In this document: positions 1 through 12,823 of the stretch, in pieces | Layout of the letters: the number at the start of each line of letters is the position of its first letter | Numbering within the stretch: position 1 is the stretch's first letter | Assembly: GCA_964270895.1 (NCBI GenBank) | Contig: OZ185438.1 | Direction: 5' to 3' (one strand) | Length of the DNA: 64,000 nt | DNA from: Podarcis filfolensis | Lineage: Eukaryota | Notes under the pieces: model-generated | Database searches by the model: none | Seen by the model: the letters and a program-made list of their open reading frames with translations, nothing else | What the model was told of the DNA's origin: nothing | Program-made: the position numbers and the translations under genes

Positions 1-771
1 AGGAAAGGGAGGGGGGTCACGCTCGCCGCCGCGGACGCTGTTTGGGTGGCGGGGCCGGCGCCGCTGCGTTGAGTCGGAGTCTGCGCCGCCGCCGCTGCTG
101 CTGCTGCTGGCCGAACCCTGCTAGAGCCGCCATATTGCCCGGGACACAGACACACCGTCTCCGCCGCGCCTGTGCCTCGCGTCGCCGCTGCTCTCCGTCC
201 CCTCCTCTTCCGCAGCCGGGCTCTCCTCCGTTGCCTCGCCGAAGAGAGGAGCCCCGTCTCGTCGCCCCCTCCCCGCTCCTCCTGCTCCCCTGCCCTCCTC
301 CGAGGCACTAGGCGCATATCGGCTCCTCCGTACTGGGAGCGACGGAGCCCCGCAGGCCCAGCCCAGCCGGAGCTTCCTGGCCAAGGCAGAGCGCAGCGGG
401 CTCGGGCCTTGCCTCTGGGCGCCCAGCACTGCGGCCGTCGCCGGGAAGCGGCGGCCCCACCGAACAGCTGGTGACGCAAAACTAAAAGGGAAGGGAAAGG
501 AGACTCGGCCCAGTTCGCGGCGTGTCGGGCGGCTCCCTGGGAGCAGTAGTAACGGCAGCGACTCGACTCCTGCCCGGCATGAGACACAGCCCCGCTGGTT
601 GCTGCGGCTGCAGCCGCCTGGGATGAGAAACTCTTCAGCCACACCCGCTGCAGCCTCCTCCTCCTCCTCTCATCGCCAGCAGAGCCAGCGGCGGCGGCGG
701 CGCCCGGGAGCGGAGCGGGCCTCGGCACTAGCGCGAGGAGCAGCAGCGGAAACAGGGGACGCTGTGTGGGG
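1..771 (+). other. USP9X: Putative non-coding exon 1 (5' UTR; start undefined)
   Basis: Best donor in the island is GGG|GTGAGC at 771/772. USP9X orthologues have a non-coding first exon and ATG in exon 2. Confidence 0.6.
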
Positions 772-1300
772 GTGAGCGAGCTGGGGAAGGCGCTGGGGCT
801 GCCATGGCCGGCGGCGGCGGCAGGGTGGGGGGCTAGGAGGAAGGGGGGCCACGCTGTGGGGAAAACAAGGGGGCTGAACCTGCGGGGTGGGGGCGCCTCG
901 CCGTGTGTGTCAGCGTGTCTTGGGGGGTTGGGAAATGCCTGCCCGTGCGTGTGTCGGTGTGTTTTGGAGTGAGAAGGGAAAATGGCTGACGACTCCTCAT
1001 TCTCTCTGCCCGGCCTGTCCTGGGCCTTGCGGGAGAATGGGGCGCGCACGCCCGGTATCCGCAGTCCCTGGGAGGGGGAAACACGGCCCCGCAGAGCTGG
1101 CCGGCTTCTCGCCTGACCCCCTTTCTCAAGTAGCCGGGGGAACGGGGCGAAGGAGGGGGGCGGAGGGAAGGGGCTCCCGGCACAGCTTCGCCCGGCGTTT
1201 AGTTCCTTTTGAGTCTCGTTTCACTTCACGCCAAACGCCATTACTGAGGTGGAGTGATTGGAATCGTGTAGGCCTGGGCTACGCCAGGAAATAAGGCCCT
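1..1300 (+). promoter_or_regulatory. USP9X: CpG island / TATA-less promoter and 5' end of USP9X
   Basis: Very GC- and CpG-rich up to ~1300, then abruptly AT-rich. GC box GGCGGGGC at 48-55, YY1-type CCGCCATATT at 127-136, CRE-like TGACGCAA at 472-479. TSS cannot be fixed from sequence. Confidence 0.85.
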
Positions 1301-1974
1301 GCTCAAGCTCTTTCTTTCTAAATCCGGTCTCAAACCGCCAGGCCCAGCGCATTCGCATTCCTTGTAAACATTATTGTCATGGGCGCAGGTGGGCTGTGTC
1401 ATGGCTGCACTCCTGGTTTCCAGTAAGGCCGTCGTGTTGCCGGATAAGCCCTCAGAATTCAACACCCTTTCTCCGTTAGCTTCCAGAAGATTATATTCTG
1501 GTTCTTTGTGTAGTCCTGGTGGTTTAAAACCCCTTACATTTTAGTTATTGTGCAAAATATGCGTTATAATTCAAATTATCTTGTTTGTCTTTTTTTTAAA
1601 AGACCTTTTTTTCCAAACTCGGGAATATATCTCCTAGATATGTTGTATGAATAATCGACATAGTTCCTTTTTGAACACAGGCTTGCTTTGTGAAATGCTT
1701 AAGCATTTTTAGGCTGCAATTTTACCTTGATATAATTAGCATCTGGGCTCCCATTGATTTTAATGGAGAGGTGTGCAGTCACAGCAAATTTACTTGATGA
1801 ATTTAGTTTTAATGTTATTGGGGTAGTTATTTTCAGACCATGTACAAAATGTGTCCTAATGTACATAGAAAAGGGACTGGAGAGTTACAAATCTATATAC
1901 AATTGTGACTTAAGCCCATTGAATTCAGTGGGACTTCTGAATAAGCATGCAGAGGATTGGGTGACATATGCAGT

Positions 1975-2023
1975 AAAGAATCCAAGGGGTCATGAAGAGT
2001 CGGACATGACTAAACAACAACAA
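1975..2023 (+). mobile_element. RTE/Bov-B-type LINE (or Bov-B-tailed SINE) 3' tail fragment
   Basis: GGGGTCATGAAGAGTCGGACATGACTAAACAACAACAA resembles the Bov-B 3' end with a (CAA)n tail. Confidence 0.65.
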
Positions 2024-5000
2024 AGGATTTTCAAGACACCTCAAACTTTACTCACACAACAGTCCTATGCATGCTTCCTTAGAAGCAAGCCTTACTGAGT
2101 TCAGTGGCACCTACTCCCAGGTAACTGCTTAGGATTGCAGTCTTAAAAGACATGAAGTAGTGTGCTATTCTTTCAGCATCCTAATTTTGCACCGTATATT
2201 TAACATACGCTATTGATACAAATAATATTTGAATGGACTTCAACACAGACTTAAAAGTGGGTGTGTGGTTCAATACAGTTGTCACTATCTACTGTGTGAA
2301 GACATGGCCCCAATATCATTTAAGTTCATCAGGTTTTTGTGCTGCAAGTTATGCTTGCAAATGTCTTCTAATTATGTTCTATTTAGCTTTTATCATTTAT
2401 AGCTAAGAAGAAATGTTTGGAAAAATGGGTTTTAAGAGTTCTGGACTTAGAGTTTTAATAATATGTACATCACTTCAGGAAATTGTGGATAAAACTTAGA
2501 AAATGCAGATTTTATTTGGTTGATTTGCACAAAAGGCACAGGGTGGTTTACAAGAAAGGAGATAGATAAAAAACACAAAAATCCATAAACATTACACAGT
2601 CCTTTAAAAAAATAAGGAATCACTGAATATCAATTACTAATAGCAGCAATCAGCTTTAATAATTTCTGAAGTTATTTATGAAATGCTTTCTCATTCTGCT
2701 CTTTGAAATCTCCTAAAGTGGTTAAGAACATTATTTTGAAAATTAGGTTCAACTAGGTATTACAATATGAAAAAATATTTTCCATCACATCAGGAGCTGA
2801 AGGTGACATATAACTGAAATTTATGAATTGTTTTGAACAAAATTATATTACTATAATGTGGAATAAGTTGCAAGATAATTTTTTCATGTGTTGATTGAAA
2901 AAATTACGCACACTTACTCTAAACATTTTTACTTGGAAGCCAATGCCATTGATTTTGAATTGAGACTTTCTTCCAACTTAAAGTGTTACAAATACTTCTT
3001 TGGATGTATATCCATTTAAAATCAATTGATGTTTCTTCCAAATAATGTTTTGGCTGTACTATAAAAGCATACTTAAAAGATTGCAATAAGTTCCTTCATC
3101 TTTTAAACTTACTTGGTTCCCCCCTCCTATGCTTTTCATAAATAGGTTTTAAGGCAGAAACATACAAATATCTTCTGTGTTACTCTTTGTCTTTGCTTCA
3201 CTTGCAGCCTGTTCAATGTCTCTCTGAATTTACCCTTCTAATAATGTTTTCCTATTACAGAAGGCCAGCATCTTAGAGGACCAGTCATGGGAAAACAAAT
3301 AAATTCTTTGCTTGTTAGAACATAATCATAAACATTATGATATATTCACATTACAATGTCACCTTTATCTGCTTTGAGTACTTCATTGTGAAATGAAAAG
3401 ATGGGATACATTTCCTTGGGGAAATAAGAGGATCCTATATTATCATGACTCATAGTTGTTTCAAAATGCTGGAATTGTTACAAGATCAATATTATAAATG
3501 CTAGTATCTGGAGTAAGAAATAGCTATCTGTGACAATAGTCAAGAATATGCATTCTTTTGTGGGATGGTAGCAGGTTTCATAACAGTTTCTGAAGAGTAA
3601 CAGGTCGTTTATTGACTAGGTAGGACAAAAGTCATTTAAGACATCTGGTAACACTTTAGTGAAAAGGTTTTCTAAAGTGACATTTTAAAAGTTATTATTG
3701 AAATGGCAGTTTCAAGTATCATGTCTTGAATATTCTCTTATATTGACTTTCAAAGATAGTTGAAAACCTTGGTATTTTTGTTGTAAACCTAGTATATACA
3801 ACTTTTACAGGGAATACTTGCAGTTTTGTTCTCATTTGTATTTTTATGTCTTTAGAACTCTTGTTTGTCAAGCTGGTAAATTGTCATGTTTCAGCAGGAA
3901 GTATGTGTCTATGAAATTTCAGTGTATTTTAAAATTTTCTTCTTTTTATTAAGAAAAGCATATCTGAGAGAGAACTTGCATAAAAGTTTAACTATTCAAA
4001 TATTTTGTCTTTTATTATTTTCAATGTATGCTCAGCTTGGATGCTTACAGTTCCAAGTCCAGTTGAGGTCAGTGGGACTCTGCTTGCCTAATTAACACGT
4101 GGATCCAAAATATACTTGGAAGCAAGTCCTTAAATTTAATGACGCTTACTTTCAAGTATATGAATTTAATACTGCAGTTTAAGCAGGATGTCAGTATGTC
4201 CATTAGATAGGTCTTGGGGCAAGAGAACAGAAAATAACATGGTTCCCCCGCCAAGTAGGTTGGGTTGCTTTGTCATGAGATTGGGATAAAAAAGTGTCTC
4301 CTTAGAAATAGGGTCACTTACCATTTTGTAAAAATGCTGAAAATTGTGAAGTGTAGAAGTTAAAACTACAATAATACTGCTACCATAGTCCAACACTTGG
4401 GTCCCCATGTCAAGTTCTTTACGTCCTGTGGCTTATGCTGCTTTTTCTGGTTTTTTTTTAAACCAACCCAGTTCTATAGCTTTTCTGCAAAGGGTTGTTG
4501 ATTCACAAGTATTCGTGTTGATGCAAACTGATTGCTGTCCTGTGCCCTTCTGCAGTCTATTTGTCTTTTGTTGAGTATGCAGTCTGCTTGTAGTTCTTTA
4601 ACTACTTTTACATTGTGATTTGTAGTTATAGGAGTGTCAGTAAATGGTATCATATTGTTATTTTGTGTGCCTATGTTTTATTGGAGCTGTTACATTTATG
4701 GGCCTTGGCAGTTGGTGTTAATATTTATTTCCATTACAGCTGTGATTGTGTCTTTATACCCTGAAAGAGGGGGAAATTAAGGTTTTCGTGCACATATGGT
4801 AATGCTAATTACCCTTACTTTCATGATCTTCTGCCATCACCCCACTCTGCAGCCTTTCTGCAGGGCCTTTCATGACTGAATTACAGTGGTGTCATTACAC
4901 AAGAAGTTACTACACCTGTGCAGTGGACACTTTTCTGCACTGGTAACAAGACTTCTGCCAATTCAGAAATGATATGTATGAATTTATTTTCCTTAACTTA

Positions 5001-7897
5001 AAACATTTTTGTATGTGCATACATTCTGTAGCAGTTCATCTAAAATCCAAAATACATTAATTTCTTGGAAAGAACTTGTGCAAGAACTGTGCATTTTAAA
5101 TACCAGCTATTTCCCTTAAAATCTTGGTTGTGATGAAATTTCTCCCCAATTTTTTCTTTTGCAATATTACATGCTTTTGTTTGGATGTCTAGCCTATCGT
5201 TTCCTGCAGAGATAGCAGGCAAGTTACCTGGTGCAAACAATGCTGAGATTTATTTCCCCTTTGTGGGGGCCTGATGAAAAGGTCTTGTTACATTTGCTGC
5301 TCTGGCTGAATGGGTAACAGTGCAGGCCTTTTTACAATTCCTTGTAGCATCACTTGCCTTCTTGAGTGATAGTAAATTGATGAAGTAAAGTACTAAGTGC
5401 TCCATTCTTTGGATGAATTAATGTATTGAGAATGTCTTGTGTGTGGATGTTCTTGCCTCAACATAAAAAATGACGCTACTATAACTTAAACGTACTTTCT
5501 AAGCCTACAAATGCATGTTTCTGTGGTTCCAGTTCTTGCCTGGTCCTGAGTTCTAGATATTTGATAAAACTTCATGAAATATTAACAAACTAATCCTATC
5601 CACTTGTGGGTTTAACTTGGTCGCTGCAACAAGTACTTTAAATATTTTGCTAGCTAGATTCTCAGAAGTCCTTGTAAATATGTCCTATCCACTGTACTGT
5701 AGATGGTATACTGGCAGCCCCCCATTCAATATGTGTGTGACAGTGTATACGGCTATACGCTCACCTGCCGAACCTGGAAGTGACCCGGAAACTTCAAAAA
5801 AATGCCACTAAAAGGCTCGAATGAGTGTTTGCAGGCTTTTAAAATAGGTTTCAATTATACACAATTTCACTGATATGTGCAGTGCCTTGGAATGTTACTG
5901 CCATGTAAATGGGAGTTTGCCTGTATCTAAAGTCAGACTGCTTGTGGGATGATCAAACAGTATACTGCTCTGACTCTTCTCCCTTCCCTTAGTGCTCTGC
6001 CAAAGTGTAGAGGACTTGGGACAGGGAAAGGTTTGGTGGTTAGTGCAAATAATGGCTGGGTCCTAATCCAGAGTTTGTGAACTGTTACCATACAGGCCTC
6101 TGGAATTACTTTTCCTTTTGTAAAGGAATATCTGATGCGTCAGAAGTCATTCAACACTGGTTTGGGCCAATAGCTGCAGCTCTGCAAATGATTTGCTTGG
6201 AAAATAGCGCTGCTGAGGCCAAAAGTAAAGTATAAAAGAGTTGTAGACTGCTTTGATTGGCAAGCACAGCTTTCCATTTTGTGCTTGGAAAGTCACTGCT
6301 GGCTCAGAACTAGTAGCTCACATACTACTTGTTGCTTGGGTTGTGTTGTTTCTGAAACAAGTTAACTATTGGTTGAACTTAGAACTGCAATCTAACATTT
6401 TATATTTTTCAGTATGGAACTTATTGCCCCACTCTAATCAATCAACCAATTATCCTTTTATCAAGGGGCTTGCAGTGACATGGAGGAAAGAGGGAACAGA
6501 GATGGATAAGCAAGGGTAAAAAACATGTGAATTATTCAGTTACAGATATCACCCCCACTTAGACGGGGGTTTATGTTGCAGGCCCCCATGCTCATAACAG
6601 AAAATGGGGACCACCCTCTAAACACCCTTTAAATGCCCTCTTTGCTGCTCTCTCTTCAATCCATATCAAAAATACTGTATCTAAAAATATCCACAACTAG
6701 AATTGAAGCTTGGGGGCCGGCTGGAGGCCGGAGGACTTGCAGAAAAGTGGCTGCTGCTACTGCGCACACCAGCTGTTAGACTGAGAGGCTGAGCATCCTA
6801 AGCAAAGCCTCACTGTGCCTATAGTCTTTTTGGGGCTTCCTCGTTTTACATCCTCTTTGGGATCTGGGGAGGGTCTCTTCTCCAGCTCTCTCTTGCCATT
6901 TACAGGTTTATTTATTTCCTGGTGCTTTGTGTATACATGGTAGTGTGTGAGTCGATCACGTGTAAATGGGGCGATTCCTGTATGTGTACTTTGGCTTCAT
7001 TATAATAGGGACTAGGTTGGTTGTCTTTGTTACCTATGGTTTCTAGCTATTGGGTATGAAGCTACTACAAGTGTACATGGCATTCAGTATATGGTTTCTT
7101 GTATGACTCATGATGGAAATGAACAGTGCCAGATATATGTTCAAAGCAGTTCAAGAAAGTGTACCAGAAACATTACAAGAAGCAGGCTTAGTGTTCATGG
7201 CTAAGAATCATTGGTTGTAAACCAGAATGGGAAAGTGAGGAGGGTGGCAGTTGTCTGGCTTGAGGGCTAATCAGATTCTAGAAAGAGAATGACCAACAGG
7301 TCATCTGAAACAGCAGTACTGTGTTTAATAGATGTTGTAGGCAGAAGAGTAAGTTCTGCCAGGAGGGCAGTTGCATGCAATGAAATAGACATATGGCTCT
7401 TCCATTTTGGAAGTTTGCGATTATGTTGGTTAATTATCGATCCCTAATATTTACCTGTTTGAGGTAAATACTATAAGTTGAGCTTGTGCCACAATTCAGT
7501 AACCCGAAGGTAAGCATGAAGTCAAGCATTAAAGGTACAGTCAACAACCATTTCTCGTGGGGGTTCCGTTCCCAGCCCTTATGTGCCTCAGCAGAGTGTG
7601 TATAAGCGCGTCCTACCCCACCCTTTTAGTGACTTGTAGGGTAGGATGTCATGCATCTTTTGGACATGCGCTAATCAATCAGTGCCAGTACAGAAGAAAC
7701 TGAGGCAATGTCTAGTAATGAGGGAGTCAGCTATACTTGACTTGATCTTAACCAATAGGGAAGAGTTGGTTAATGAAAAGTGACCTTGTAATGTAGAATT
7801 TCATGAAATTATTTAAAGCCAAAAGTGAGCATCCTCGGGTATCTTTGGATTATAGGAAAACGAATTTCAATAAGTTCAAGAAAATGCTAGGTAGGTT

Positions 7898-8242
7898 CAG
7901 TGTTCGAAATTCCCCAGTTGCGTTTCACTACTAGTGCTGGTCCAGTTGTGACTACTTGGAGATTTCTGGGTGCCAGGTTGGTGACCACAGTTTAAAAACC
8001 TCTGCCTTAGTCTATAGTTAATTCTTTTTCCACGGTGTGTTTCTCCTTATTGCATACTAGGACAAGTAAGAGCAAGCTACAGTCAGGTAGTATAGTTGAG
8101 ATCATAGAATGGTAGCATTGGAAGGGACCCCAAGGGTCATCTAGTCAAACCCCCGACAAATAGACATTCTGTTGTGGCAACCATAGCCTAGGTTTAAGGT
8201 GCCATTTGGTGCCTAGCTTATATATCTGAGTTTCTAACACTG
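7898..8242. mobile_element. hAT MITE, family A copy 1
   Basis: TIR CAGTGTTCGAAA..TTTCTAACACTG; 8-bp TSD ggtaggtt/ggtaggat; splits the CR1 reading frame. Confidence 0.8.
8100..8155 (-). mobile_element. CR1 3'-terminal fragment nested in the hAT MITE
   Basis: ATCATAGAATGGTAGCATTGGAAGGGACCCCAAGGGTCATCTAGTCAAACCCC is the reverse complement of the CR1 3' UTR end (..GGACTAGATGACC..TTCCAA..ATTCTATGAT). Confidence 0.75.
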
Positions 8243-10413
8243 GGTAGGATTCCATGGCTGGATATGCCAATGGGGAAAGCAGACTAATGTGGGTGAGAAT
8301 TCCTGAAGATGGGGTCACTAACGGCACAATTGCAAACAATTCCGGGGGGGGGGGGAGAAGAGAAATGAGAGAGATGTTAAGAAACTAGTGTAGCTGGAAG
8401 AAAGGGTTAGGAAGGAGCTGAAGATAAAAGGGTACAAAGAAGTGGAAGGACAGGTAAGCAAGGGTGAGTACAAATAAGTGGCCCAAAGTTGTAGGGGTGG
8501 TGTCAAGAAAACTAAAACTTGAAATAAGCTGGTGCTTTTGGGGAATGCTAAAAGAACAAAAACAACTTTTAAAGGTATATTCAAAGGAAGAGGAGAGAAA
8601 TTATAGAACAACAGCTCAGTAAGGATGATGAATGGGTGACAAGGAAAATGTGAATCTGCTGAACTCCCCCCCCCTCCAGTCTTCTTCCAAAAGGGGAAAT
8701 GTGAGCAACTTGTTTTGAGTGGGGTGTTTGAGGGCTCTGGAGCAATAGTAAACATCTCAGAAGACGGGGGGCGGTGGAGGATCAAAATGACCTTTATAGC
8801 ATGAAAAACTGGGCCAAACCTAAGAAAAATGAAATTCAACAGAAACAAATGTAAAGTTATGAATGTAGGCCAACTCCCCCCTCCCCCCCTGTGATTCACA
8901 GGTATAGCAATAAAGTGTTTTATGGGTTAGCAATTGGGCATGCGAAAATGTAGTTGGTTTCTGACTGAAATTTAGTCAGTATCATGATGCAGCTGCAAGA
9001 AAGGTTGATGTAGTTTGGGGCATTTATAGAATCATAGTCAACAGAAAGTTTCCATGTCAACAGAAATACTAGTTTCCATTTTATTCTGCACTAGTCAGCC
9101 TTCATCTGGTACATTGTGAGCAACCCTGGGTGCCTTAATTTAAGAATGATCTAGGAAAATTGAAATGGGTTCAAAAGAGAGCAATGAAAGATAGTGGTAT
9201 GGAAAACAGTCCTTATAAGAAAGGTTTAAGGAAGTGGATATTTTCAGCCTGGAGGAGAGAATATTGAGAAGAGGAAATGATAGTATGCTTTAACTTTCTG
9301 AAGGCTGTCTGATAAAACAGAGTGAATATGTACAGTACTTGTTTTCTGGTGCCCCAGAAGGCAGGAGTCTAACTAATGGGCATAAATCCCAGAAGAGTTG
9401 ATACTGATTGAGTACTGGGAGAGATTACATGGTAGTTCAACAGCAATGCCCCTAAGTCCATACCACAATGTTCATAAATGCTTATTGTGGGAAGGCTAAT
9501 CTCAAGTTTGGGGATAGCAGAGTATCCACACTACTTCTGCTGCTCCAAAGTTTAGAGAAAGAACATCCGCTTCCTTTTCTCCTTGAGAGAGGGAGGGCTT
9601 ATGTTGTAAGTTTTATTTTAAAAACTTCTTTTACAATATTTGTATACGTTTCAACCAAAATGGTTCTAAAAGTTCACAATAATATCTAGGCTTATTTGCG
9701 TTGAAGATTGCCATCACAATGATGTTTGTGGTACAGTGTTGGAGAATATACTTTATGAAATTCAGCAGGATAAAATTCAAAAGCCCTTACGTTTGTTCTC
9801 AATATTCAGGAAGAAATTGGGGCAGTAATTTGTGTGCTGATAGGCATCTTTGCCAGAGAACCAGGTGGCTTGGGTATTTGTAGAAAAATACTCTGAGTGA
9901 CTTCTCCTTCTATGCTGAGATGGGTGCTGTTGGTTCAAAGGCAGTAGGGAAGTTTCTCACATTTGCTAACTGGAAGAGTGGTGGAGACTAGAGAAAATGA
10001 GTTTGAGAGGTGTCACATGTGGTCCTAACTTTGGAAAATAAGTGTTTGTCCAGTTTCAGTCAAATTCTTGGTAGCTTACAATAGAACCATTGATAATATG
10101 GTCACAAATATAATAAAAGCAATACTTTCAGCCATCCTTAACATTTCTGGCGACACAACCCCAGAGTCTTTAATTGTTAGGCCAATAAAAATCTTAAATA
10201 TAATAAATTACCTGTTCTTTTTAAAAAAACAAATGGTTGGGGAGCTCCAAATGTGTCCGGGTCACCATGAATAATGTGCTGAACTTGTTAACTAGGAGCT
10301 TGCCCCTGACATCTTGTAAGGTGGAGAGGGAGTTAACTTGCTAATGATCTATGGTAGTAATAAACATTGCACATGAACAGATTAATAACTTTATGAGAAT
10401 TCACACATTCAGC

Positions 10414-10805
10414 CAGTGTTAGAAACAGAGATATGAAAGCTAGGGGCTAAACGGCACCTTAAGCATAGGTTATGGGCGCAACAATGGAATGTCTAGGTGT
10501 GATTCTTTATAACAAGAATACAAAGCTGAAAATGAATGAACTGCAGCTAAAATATTATGTTCATTTTTCACATGGTCTAGTCCTTCCCCTGCCCACCCCC
10601 CTAATATTCTTAAGAGGGTTTCTTCTCCAGTCTTCAGAGAGTAGCTGGAGGTGGGGAGGCAGAAAAAGGTCTTCTTTTCCTTCCACTATGCAGTTTTAAT
10701 CTGGAATCTTAGCCGTAGTACTATGCCCAGAGCTCAGAAACTGTTCTCACTAATGAAATTCCCTGTCGCAAAATGCGCCTAGAACAATGGGAGTTTTGAA
10801 CATTG
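10414..10805. mobile_element. hAT MITE, family A copy 2
   Basis: TIR CAGTGTTAGAAAC..GTTTTGAACATTG; perfect 8-bp TSD cattcagc (10406-10413, 10806-10813). Confidence 0.85.
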
Positions 10806-11158
10806 CATTCAGCATGTGTTTTATTTATGTTTGCGTTCAAATAAAATCTTTTGTTTGCATGGCAATGGAAAACTTCAAATAATCTACAGCTTTTGTTAAT
10901 GTGTAGTGTTAATGTGGTAACTTGTACTTCCTAACAGTGTAATTTTTGCAGTGTTAAAGGTTTTTATGAATTAATGAACAAATCTGTGATATTAAAGGAA
11001 GCCAAATTTTTATAGAGTTATTTGCCTTTCAAATTTTTGTATTTCTGTCCTTTCTGCTTTATGGTAGGGCAGAGGTAGCTAATGTACCTGGACCCTTTTG
11101 TTTTACTAAGCTACTCTGATACATAACCAAAATGCACTGAGGGAGTTATAGCCTGCAG

Positions 11159-11436
11159 CTGCGTTTGAAACTCCCATTGCTCTAGATGCGTTTTGTGACA
11201 AGGAATTTCATTTGTGCTATGATTTCATGTTAAAACTGCAGAGGGGTGGGCAGGGGAAGCATGGCTTTGTTTTTTGCAGTCTTCAGATGAGGACTAAATC
11301 ATGTGAAAAATGAATATAATATTTTATCTTCATTTCATTCATTAAAAGTGCACCTAAACATTCTGTTGTTGCGCCCATAACCTAAGTTTAAGGTGCCATT
11401 TAGCTCTTAGCTTTCATATCTCAGTTGCTAACACTG
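11159..11436. mobile_element. hAT MITE, family A copy 3 (opposite orientation to copy 2)
   Basis: TSD gcctgcag/gcctgcat; 11351-11438 is 78/88 identical to the reverse complement of 10412-10499. Confidence 0.85.
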
Positions 11437-12372
11437 GCCTGCATTAGTGTGGAGCAGCAAGACTTGTGTCCTAATATTCAGAAGTCTTCAGAATGGTCCA
11501 GAAAACACAGTGCAAAGTACCCTGAGTTGTGACCCGCACAGGGATATGGTGAATTGATACCTCTCAGTGTTCAGTAAGTAGCTAGACAAGAATTGAAGGA
11601 TTATTTCCATTATATGTAATGTGTCATTTCTTCTATGAAAGAGTAAACTTTCTACATCTTGGCAAAATATTAACTCACAGTAAGTAGAAATAGTGGTTTT
11701 AAAGTAACTTGCTAACAGTGATGCAAAAGCCATGCAACATGTCAGAATACAATGAATGATCTATTCTTAGTGACTCCGATTTGTCTTCTTGCTGTAGAAA
11801 TTTCCATAACATGGAAGCTGTGTTACCAGTTTTTAGGCTTTAAGATTAATATTTAATTGTATTTACTTTTAGTGTGCAAACACTAAAATACTGCAATATG
11901 TTACCATTAGAAATGCCTGAAATTCAGCCTCAAGCTTTGGAAAATTAAAATCACATATTCCATTACATTCTGCTATCTTTCTTGAAATTTTCAATAAAGT
12001 AGCTCTCAGGGCACTTTCCTTGAATGATTGTTTGCTCAAACAATTGGTTGATTACTAAATGTTAATGTAAAGGGTGCAAAAGAGTTAGATTAAATTTAAA
12101 TATTTAAAAGAGTTAAATTAGGTTTTAATATTGCACATCTGGAGATTTTCCTTGTGAATGCCTTCTGTATTCATTGGCATTGTGTCAACTTTAACGATAC
12201 AGACAACAGTTTGATTTTTCAGAAACTGTATAATTTGTACTTTCATAAATTTTTGTTTTGATATAAAGTTTTGATAGAAAATGAATATATTCTGTTTGAT
12301 AGCCCAGACATGTTCGTATTGTTCGTATTGTTTTGGAATCAGCTGTGTGGCTGACATTAGCTCCCTCTACAC

Positions 12373-12508
12373 CAGTGGTGGCCAAACTTGGCCCTCCAGC
12401 TGTTTTGGGACTACTATTCCCATCATCCCTAACCACTGGTCCTGTTAGCTAGGGGTGATGGGAGTTGTAGTCCAAAAACAACTGGAGGGCCAAGTTTGGC
12501 CACTATTG
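12373..12508. mobile_element. Short palindromic hAT MITE (136 bp, family B)
   Basis: CAGTGGTGGCCAAACTTGGCCCTCCAG..CTGGAGGGCCAAGTTTGGCCACTATTG; TSD ctctacac/ctctatac. Confidence 0.85.
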
Positions 12509-12599
12509 CTCTATACTGTTACTACTAGCCATATATTGTCTAAGTAATTGTCTTGAAAGCTCACTGGGTAAGATTCAACAAATGGCTAAGGAGATCCAT

Positions 12600-12823
12600 A
12601 CACCCTCTCACTATATATAAGGGTCTGGTGACTTCTGTTTCAGACCCTATATATAAGGGTCTGGTGACTTCCGTTTCAGAAGTGTGCATGGACATGAAAG
12701 CTCATACCAATAACTAACTTAGTTGGTCTCTAAGGTGCTACTGGAAGGATTTTTAAAATGTTTTTTAATTGTTTTTTATTTTGTTTTGACTATGGCAAAC
12801 CAACATGGCTGCCTACCTGTAAC
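12600..12823 (+). mobile_element. Penelope-like element terminal fragment
   Basis: GAAAGCTCATACCAATAACTAACTTAGTTGGTCTCTAAGGTGCTACTGG resembles reptile Penelope ends as recalled; flanked by direct repeat gagatccat (12591-12599, 12824-12832). Confidence 0.6.

Larger units (their letters stand above)
7680..9450 (+). mobile_element. Degenerate CR1 LINE ORF2 remnant, interrupted by a hAT MITE
   Basis: Translates RESAILDLILTNREELV (7721-), LDYRKTNFNKFKKMLGR, then GRIPW..EFLK after the insertion. RT-end-like sequence (AAATGAAATTCAACAGAAACAAATGTAAAGT..) from ~8800. Many stops and deletions. Confidence 0.8.

Noticed and set aside
42-1294. Several overlapping 60-173 aa ORFs on both strands in the CpG island
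   Set aside because: Low-complexity Arg/Pro/Ala/Gly peptides expected where high GC depletes stop codons; no recognisable domain.
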